From Longimicrobiales bacterium (lineage in GTDB: Bacteria > Gemmatimonadota > Gemmatimonadetes > Longimicrobiales > Gaopeijiaceae), in assembly GCA_965204735.1 (NCBI GenBank), contig OZ242008.1:2976001-3040000 (forward strand): 64,000 nucleotides of DNA. The letters run 5' to 3'. Numbering within the stretch: the first letter of the stretch is position 1; the number at the start of each line of letters is the position of its first letter. Positions 58,310 through 64,000 of the stretch are shown here, piece after piece. The notes beneath the pieces are model-generated. The model did not search any database, was not told the origin of the DNA, and saw only the letters and a list, made by a program, of their open reading frames with translations. The translations under genes were made by a program, and so were the position numbers.

Positions 58310-61300
58310 CGCCTGATCACGCGACTCACGCGCCCTCCCTTGTCGATCACCACCACGGGACCTCGGATCACATCCTCCCCCAGCTCCACGACGGAACGCG
58401 GCGGCCCCCGCAGCGTTGCCGATGCGCTGGGCAATGAGTACGCATCGGCGGCGCCCACGTCAACTTGGTAGCCCATGTCCGCCAGGGACTGGATCGTCAC
58501 CGCGCTGAGGGGACTCGACCGGCCCGGGCTCAGGAACGGGTTCATCAGCTCCGATCCGAAGACGCCGTGGCGCCAGTGCGAATCGTTCGATCCCGCCCCG
58601 GCCCCGTTCTCGACGGGCACCTTGGCTCCCGAGTAGCTCGACCCTCCCGCGGCGTCGAAGGCGGCTATGGCCAACGGCCCGTCGAAGTGGGTGTCGGCGC
58701 CCGGCGTTTCGTTCGCGGAGTTCCGGAGGAAGCCGAAGAGCTCCCACAGCAGACCGATGCCCAGCGTGTGGCCCATTTCGTGGAGCACCACGGAGTGCAG
58801 GCTCGCGTTGTGCAGGTCGCTCGGGTCGTAGTCCATCATCGCCAGCGCCGCCAAGTGCGAGCCTTCGCGCACCGCGCAAACTCCGGCACGGGCCAAGACG
58901 CCGCCCTCGCCGTCGATGTCGTCGGCAACCGCCAAGACCAGCAGATCGTCGAGGAGGAGGGCGTAGTGTCGTGTGTGGCCGAAGCAAGTGAGCTCGCCTT
59001 CCAGCAGGACCTCCGGCAGGTCGCCCGTGACGACGCCCTCCCAGCGACGGGCCGCGCGCCAAAACACCTCTTGGTGCGACGACAGCCCCGCGGCGAAGAG
59101 GATGTCGAAGTCGAACGCTCCCGCCCGGGGGGCTCCGATGACGTCCGCCTCGAAGTGGTGGGAGGCCGCCTCGCCCGACGGGTCCGTGGCCGTGACCGTC
59201 ACCACGGTCCCGCCTCCGCCCGTCGCCGTCAGCACGATCTGCCCGCCGTCCGCTTCGGCGCTCACCACGCCTTCGTCGACCGCCGAGGCCGAGTAGACCA
59301 GGGTCGGATCGTCGTCCGCGAAGTACTGCGCCGCGTCCCAGCGAACGATTGGCCCGCCCAGCTGCATCACGTGATCCAGAATGGCCCCGCGAAGCGTGGG
59401 CGCCTCGTTGCCGAGCTTGGCGAAGAGGCTCAGGGAAGGCCCGACGCGCAGCTCCAGCCCCGAGAAGCCCTCGGGCGGGTCGGGCGCCTCCTCCACTCCG
59501 ACCAGAGTCGGCTCTCGACTGCCTGCGGCCCGGGTCACAAGCACTTCGGCGCTCCGGCTGCGGCCCGCTGGAACCGCCAGCGGCGCGGGCGAGGGCGACC
59601 CGTTCTCGACCGACGCGTCCACGGCGACCTCGAAGGGCGCGCCCCCCTCCACCTTCAACACGATGCTGGCCGGCCCGGGCGCCAGCAGGTTCGTCGCGTC
59701 GGTCCGCTCCAGCTCCAGCTCCAGAGGGAACGGCGCCCCCGGGTTGTCGTCGAGGCGAACCTCCGTCAGCCGGGTCAAGCCCTCGAAGAACCCCGACGGC
59801 AGCTCGGCCAGCCGGTTCCCCTCCAAGCGCAACGTCGAAAGCCCCTCCAGCTCCTGGAAGACCCCTGGGAGCAGCGAAGCGATCCGGTTTCGCTCCAGGC
59901 CGACGTGGGCGACGTTGGGCGCTCCGGCGAAGAAGCTGTCGGGCAAGGCTTCGATCTCGTTGCCTCCGAAGCGAGCGTCCTCGACCTGGTGGGCGTCCGC
60001 CAAGAGGCGCGCCGGCAGCCGGACCAACGCGTTGCCGCCCACGTCGATCCGTCGGAGCCTGCCCAGTCCGGCAAGGGCGCCCTCGGCCAGCTCGGCGATC
60101 GCGTTCTGCGACAGGTCCAGCTCCTCCAGGGCGTCCAGCCCTCCGAAGACGCCTTCCGGCAGCGACTCGAGCCGGTTCTCGCCCAGGTCGAGGACCCGAA
60201 GGACCGCAAGCCCTCCGAAGACGCCTTCGGGCAACGAATCGAGCCGGTTCCCGCCCAGGTCGAGAACCCGAAGGGCCGCAAGTCCGTCGAAGTCCCCGAC
60301 CTTCAAGGTCGTCGGCCGGCGGGCGTCGCCGGGATCTGGCCCGCGCACGCGCAGCTCGCCGATCTCCCGCAGGTCGTCGTCGGCCACCGAAGCGCAGCCG
60401 TCGCTCGCTTCCACCGACAGGACGATCTCGTCCCTTACCCGAGGCGTGCGGTCGCATACGCCTTCCAGAATCGTCGCCGTCGCCGAGAGAGCGTCGCCGA
60501 GCCGATAGTCGTCGGCTTCGTCGGTGGCGTCCAGCGTCACGACGACGACCTCCCGCGTCGGCTCGATCCGATCGTCGTCCACGACGGCGATGCGAACGAC
60601 GCTCGTCGCTTGGCCCGCAGGGATCTCCGTCGTGCCTTGGAAACCGCCGGCGTAGTCCGCCGTGTCCGCGTCGGCGGTCGAGTCGTCGTCGTCGGGAGCC
60701 AGGGAGTAGGCCACCGAGATCGGCGACTGGGGCGCAGGCGAAACCGCGATCGCCAGATCGATCTCCGCTCCCTCGGGCGCGGCAGCTTCGGAAACGCTCA
60801 GCGACACCACGGGAAACGGCTCCGCCGTCGCTGCGACCTGGGCCGACGGCCCCTCCGCCACGGCCGCGGTCAGCGCCTGGACGCCGTCGACCTCCGCCAG
60901 CGTCCACGTGGCTGCGACCACGCCGGCGCTGTCGCTGACGGCGGCGGCCGGGTCAACCGTCCCGTCGCCCGCAAAGGACACCTCGACGCCCTCCACCGGC
61001 GATCCCCCGGCATCGGCGACCCGGACGACCACGGGTTCGGGCAGCGCCCGGCCGGGCCGCCCCTTCTGTCCGTCGCCCGACACCGCCTCCACCGACGCGG
61101 GACGCTGGCGCACCGTCGCCGTCGCCGAGTCGCTCAGCCCCTCGAGAGACGCGACCACCGTCGCCGTGCCGTTCGACACCGCCACGACCACGCCGTCGGC
61201 GCCCGCCTCGACCACTTGCCGGTCGCTGCTGGACCAGGCGACGGTCCCCGGGTACGCCGCGCCGTACTGGTCGGTGATCGTCGCAGCGAGAGCGGCGGTC

Positions 61301-61524
61301 GCGCCCAGGTGCCCCAGAACCACGGAATCCGGCGCCACCGTCAAGGCAACGGGGCGGGCCGGCTCGGGCTCGGGCGGAGGCGGAGGCGCAGTGGAATCCC
61401 CCCCGCAGGCGGCCATGGCCAGCGCCGCCAGCAAGCCGGCGGCCGTCGTCGGCGCCGGAGTCCGGGCGAGCGGCCAAGCCGCCCTGCGCCCCGAAGTCAA
61501 CATGGGCAGAGCGTCAGACGTCAT
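58306..61524 (-). CDS. Lipoprotein: Ig-like, Calx-beta, leucine-rich repeats, leishmanolysin-like M8 peptidase
   Basis: MAA-C lipobox; LxxLDLxxNxLxSLPEGVF repeats; HEMGHTLG, DSHW, ELM; start 61524 or 61503. Confidence 0.88.
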   Translation of the reverse strand: MTSDALPMLTSGRRAAWPLARTPAPTTAAGLLAALAMAACGGDSTAPPPPPEPEPARPVALTVAPDSVVLGHLGATAALAATITDQYGAAYPGTVAWSSSDRQVVEAGADGVVVAVSNGTATVVASLEGLSDSATATVRQRPASVEAVSGDGQKGRPGRALPEPVVVRVADAGGSPVEGVEVSFAGDGTVDPAAAVSDSAGVVAATWTLAEVDGVQALTAAVAEGPSAQVAATAEPFPVVSLSVSEAAAPEGAEIDLAIAVSPAPQSPISVAYSLAPDDDDSTADADTADYAGGFQGTTEIPAGQATSVVRIAVVDDDRIEPTREVVVVTLDATDEADDYRLGDALSATATILEGVCDRTPRVRDEIVLSVEASDGCASVADDDLREIGELRVRGPDPGDARRPTTLKVGDFDGLAALRVLDLGGNRLDSLPEGVFGGLAVLRVLDLGENRLESLPEGVFGGLDALEELDLSQNAIAELAEGALAGLGRLRRIDVGGNALVRLPARLLADAHQVEDARFGGNEIEALPDSFFAGAPNVAHVGLERNRIASLLPGVFQELEGLSTLRLEGNRLAELPSGFFEGLTRLTEVRLDDNPGAPFPLELELERTDATNLLAPGPASIVLKVEGGAPFEVAVDASVENGSPSPAPLAVPAGRSRSAEVLVTRAAGSREPTLVGVEEAPDPPEGFSGLELRVGPSLSLFAKLGNEAPTLRGAILDHVMQLGGPIVRWDAAQYFADDDPTLVYSASAVDEGVVSAEADGGQIVLTATGGGGTVVTVTATDPSGEAASHHFEADVIGAPRAGAFDFDILFAAGLSSHQEVFWRAARRWEGVVTGDLPEVLLEGELTCFGHTRHYALLLDDLLVLAVADDIDGEGGVLARAGVCAVREGSHLAALAMMDYDPSDLHNASLHSVVLHEMGHTLGIGLLWELFGFLRNSANETPGADTHFDGPLAIAAFDAAGGSSYSGAKVPVENGAGAGSNDSHWRHGVFGSELMNPFLSPGRSSPLSAVTIQSLADMGYQVDVGAADAYSLPSASATLRGPPRSVVELGEDVIRGPVVVIDKGGRVSRVIRR

Positions 61525-61618
61525 CAGTGGTCGGCGGTTGAGATCGGTCGGTCGTCGATCCGTGGCCCCCAACATACCGGCCCGCGAAGGCGCCAAGCAA
61601 GCCCGGCGCTAGTCGAAG

Positions 61619-61652
61619 CGATATGTCGAAACTATATTACGATAGTATCGTA
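61619..61652. promoter_or_regulatory. Putative PadR-family operator(s)
   Basis: Palindrome TACGATA-G-TATCGTA (61638-61652) and CGATATGTCG (61619-61628) in an AT-rich divergent region. Confidence 0.55.
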
Positions 61653-61743
61653 TTGATGAACATGCATCGCGGTCCACGCGCGCCTGAGCGCCCCGCAAAC
61701 GCACGCTGCGCGCCCCGCAACCCACGCAAAGGAGACTCGGAGA

Positions 61744-62403
61744 ATGCGAATCGACGACTACCTGGACTTGGACGCGGTCTTCGCGCCCTTCGGCTACCCG
61801 CGCCGCCGGCAGCGACGGCGGCAGGCCCGTCGCAGATTCGGCCGCGGCGGCCTCAAGCTCGCCATCCTCGCCCTGGTGGAGGAGCGGCCCATGCACGGCT
61901 ACGAAGTCATGCAGGTCCTCTCGAAGCGGTCCGGCGGCCTCTACCGGCCCAGTCCCGGCTCCGTCTACCCGACGCTCCAGCTGCTGGACGACCAGGGGTT
62001 CGTGACCGTCGAGGCCCAAGACGGCAAGAAGGTCTACACGATCACCGACGCCGGCCGCGAGCACCTGGACCGCAACCGCGACGCCGTGGAGCGCATCTTC
62101 GGGCGCGCGTCGGAGTCCACCGGAGCCGACCGGGCCGACGACGCCTGCGGGAGCGCCCACTCGTCGGTCGCCGGCGCCGCCGACCTTGCCCGCTACGTGG
62201 CGCGCTTGGGTCAGACGACGCTCCAGGGCTGCTTCCGATGGGCCGGGGACGAGCGCTTCGTCTCGGATGCCAAGAACGTCCTGGACCGGGCGCTGGAGGA
62301 GCTGGACGCGGCGTGGGACCAAGCCCGCGAGCGGAGCCGCGCCCACCGTGCCGGCGACGGCGACGACGCTCGCAAGGACGGGGCCCAGGCCGGCGGCGAG
62401 TAG
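61744..62403 (+). CDS. PadR family transcriptional regulator
   Basis: PMHGYE, PSPGSVYPTL, KKVYTITDAG. Confidence 0.93.
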   Translation: MRIDDYLDLDAVFAPFGYPRRRQRRRQARRRFGRGGLKLAILALVEERPMHGYEVMQVLSKRSGGLYRPSPGSVYPTLQLLDDQGFVTVEAQDGKKVYTITDAGREHLDRNRDAVERIFGRASESTGADRADDACGSAHSSVAGAADLARYVARLGQTTLQGCFRWAGDERFVSDAKNVLDRALEELDAAWDQARERSRAHRAGDGDDARKDGAQAGGE

Positions 62404-62428
62404 GACCCGGCAGGCGGCCCGGCCGCCG

Positions 62429-63265
62429 CTACCGCCCCGGTCGCCATATCCGGCGCAGGTAGCGGTCCGGCGCCTGCAGGAAGTCCCGTAGCAGCTGCAC
62501 CGTCTCCAGCGCCTCGTACTCCACTCGAGCCAGCGGCGCCGAGTCGAAGGAGTAGATCGTCGCGCCGGGCAAGGCCATGAGCACGGGAGAGTGAGTGGCG
62601 ATCACGAACTGGCCGCCCTGCTCCACCATCTCGCTCATCATGGCGACGAAGCCGAGCTGGCTCTGGGGCGAGAGAGCGGCTTCGGGCTCGTCCAGCAGGT
62701 ACACGCCTCCGGGCACGAAGCGCGAGCGGAAGAGGCGAAGGAAGCTCTCGCCGTGGGAGGCGGCGTCCAGGTCGTCTCCGTAGCGGGAGCGCATGGCGGA
62801 GAGCGATCCGGCGGCGGGTCCCTTGGCGAGCTGCTTCGCCAGCTGGGAGCGTCCTTCGTACTCCCGGTCCACCTGGGCGATCCGCTCCTCCATCTCCCTG
62901 CGAAGCGTCCGCAGTCGGCGGGCGAAGCCGAAGAAGTCCTCGGCCCGCAGGAAGAAGCCGCGGTGAGTGCGCCGGCGCCAGACCAGCGTCAGCGTGCGGG
63001 CCAGGCGCTGCTGCAGAACCAGGGACCCGTCGTCGCCCGCCTCGGCGCTTCCGACCGTGGGCAGCTTGGCCGCCAGCGCCGTCGCCTCCAGCAACGTGGA
63101 CTTGCCGGACCCGTTCTCGCCGGCGAAGATGGTCACTTCGCTCGGAAAAACGACTTCGGCAGCGCCCGCCAGCGCAGGAACGTCGAAGGGAAACCCCGAG
63201 CTCCACTCGACTGGAGGCTCGCCGAACCGCACGGCGGAAAGACTCGGAAAGGTTCGTTCACGCAT
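62429..63265 (-). CDS. Predicted ABC/AAA ATPase (COG3910-like)
   Basis: GENGSGKS, SHGESF, LLDEPE, ATHSP; start approximate. Confidence 0.88.
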   Translation of the reverse strand: MRERTFPSLSAVRFGEPPVEWSSGFPFDVPALAGAAEVVFPSEVTIFAGENGSGKSTLLEATALAAKLPTVGSAEAGDDGSLVLQQRLARTLTLVWRRRTHRGFFLRAEDFFGFARRLRTLRREMEERIAQVDREYEGRSQLAKQLAKGPAAGSLSAMRSRYGDDLDAASHGESFLRLFRSRFVPGGVYLLDEPEAALSPQSQLGFVAMMSEMVEQGGQFVIATHSPVLMALPGATIYSFDSAPLARVEYEALETVQLLRDFLQAPDRYLRRIWRPGR

Positions 63266-64000
63266 GGGATCTCGACAGGCAGGCTCTCTCGACCGACGGG
63301 CGCTGGAAGTCGCGCCCCGCCGACCGGCGAAAGCGTTTCCGAAGCCCCGCGTCCACCGGCGTCGGCCGGCGGTCCGGGCCGTCGTCCTCGCCGCCCTCCT
63401 TGCCGGGCCGCCCTTGGGCGCTTCCGCTCGGCAGCCCGAAGTCGACGCGCCCTCGGAGGACCGCTGGACGCCCGCGCTCAGCATGAAGTACTCGCAGATC
63501 TCGGGCGTGGCGATCTCCCGGGACGGCGCCCACGTCGCCTACGTGGTCCGCGACCCCCTCATGGAGGGCGAGAAGTCCGAGTACGTGAGCCACGTCTGGG
63601 TGGCGGCCGGCGACGGCAACTGGAACCGGCAGTTCACCAGGGGCGCCAAGTCGGCGTCCAGCCCGGCGTTCTCTCCCGACGGCGAGTGGCTGGCCTTCAC
63701 GACTTCGCGTTCGGGCAAGAACCAGATATGGGCGATCGCGCTGGCCGGCGGCGAGGCCCGTCGGCTCACCGACGCCAAGGCCGGCGTGGGCGCCTACCGC
63801 TGGTCGCCGGACGGCCGCTCCCTGGCCTTCGTCATGCGCGACCCGCCGACCGACGAGGAGGAGAAGGCGGAGAAGGAGAAGCGCGACGTGGTTCTGGTGG
63901 ACCGGAACTTCAAGTACGGCCACCTCTACGTCGTCGCCTTCGACCCCGTGGCCACCGAGCCTGCCGAGGCGGCGCGCGTCACGGAGGGCGACTTTCACGT
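63264..64000 (+). CDS. S9 peptidase-like PD40 propeller protein (partial, runs off window)
   Basis: Not in the ORF track; reads ...AVVLAALLAG...EDRWTPALSMKY...FSPDGEWLAF...WSPDGRSLAF; start uncertain. Confidence 0.8.
   Translation, partial: MGSRQAGSLDRRALEVAPRRPAKAFPKPRVHRRRPAVRAVVLAALLAGPPLGASARQPEVDAPSEDRWTPALSMKYSQISGVAISRDGAHVAYVVRDPLMEGEKSEYVSHVWVAAGDGNWNRQFTRGAKSASSPAFSPDGEWLAFTTSRSGKNQIWAIALAGGEARRLTDAKAGVGAYRWSPDGRSLAFVMRDPPTDEEEKAEKEKRDVVLVDRNFKYGHLYVVAFDPVATEPAEAARVTEGDFH

Noticed and set aside
63263..63266. Divergent genes sharing one CATG start
   Set aside because: It leaves no promoter space; at least one start is probably misplaced, so no biology is claimed

Overview
High-GC bacterial window. 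Giant adhesin, LRR/M8 lipoprotein, S9 peptidases and beta-propeller proteins suggest a host-associated, possibly sponge-symbiont Gemmatimonadota-like organism (inference). Left: a >3350-aa autotransporter adhesin (minus strand, runs off the edge, missed by the ORF track) with a G20 tract in its 5' end, then purA, a DapA-family gene, trpS, assorted hydrolases and a small AAA-ATPase/TOPRIM-like + AlbA_2 insert. Centre (28.0-52.3 kb): a defence island built on a DUF499 ATPase / small protein / DUF1156 methyltransferase / PLD-SNF2 helicase (restriction-like) backbone. The DUF499-end/small-gene junction occurs three times, each copy followed by different cargo. There are two MTase alleles, each with a +1 frameshift, an HNH-effector ABC three-component (Lamassu-like) system, an ISL3 carrying a nested IS1202-like element, and an unnamed trio (hypothetical + S1/OB-like + ComEC-type MBL nuclease). 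Right: GH3, class II GATase-like, Rieske oxygenase, LVIVD protein, LRR/M8 lipoprotein, PadR, ATPase and a partial S9 peptidase. All family calls are from motif recognition; no searches were run.
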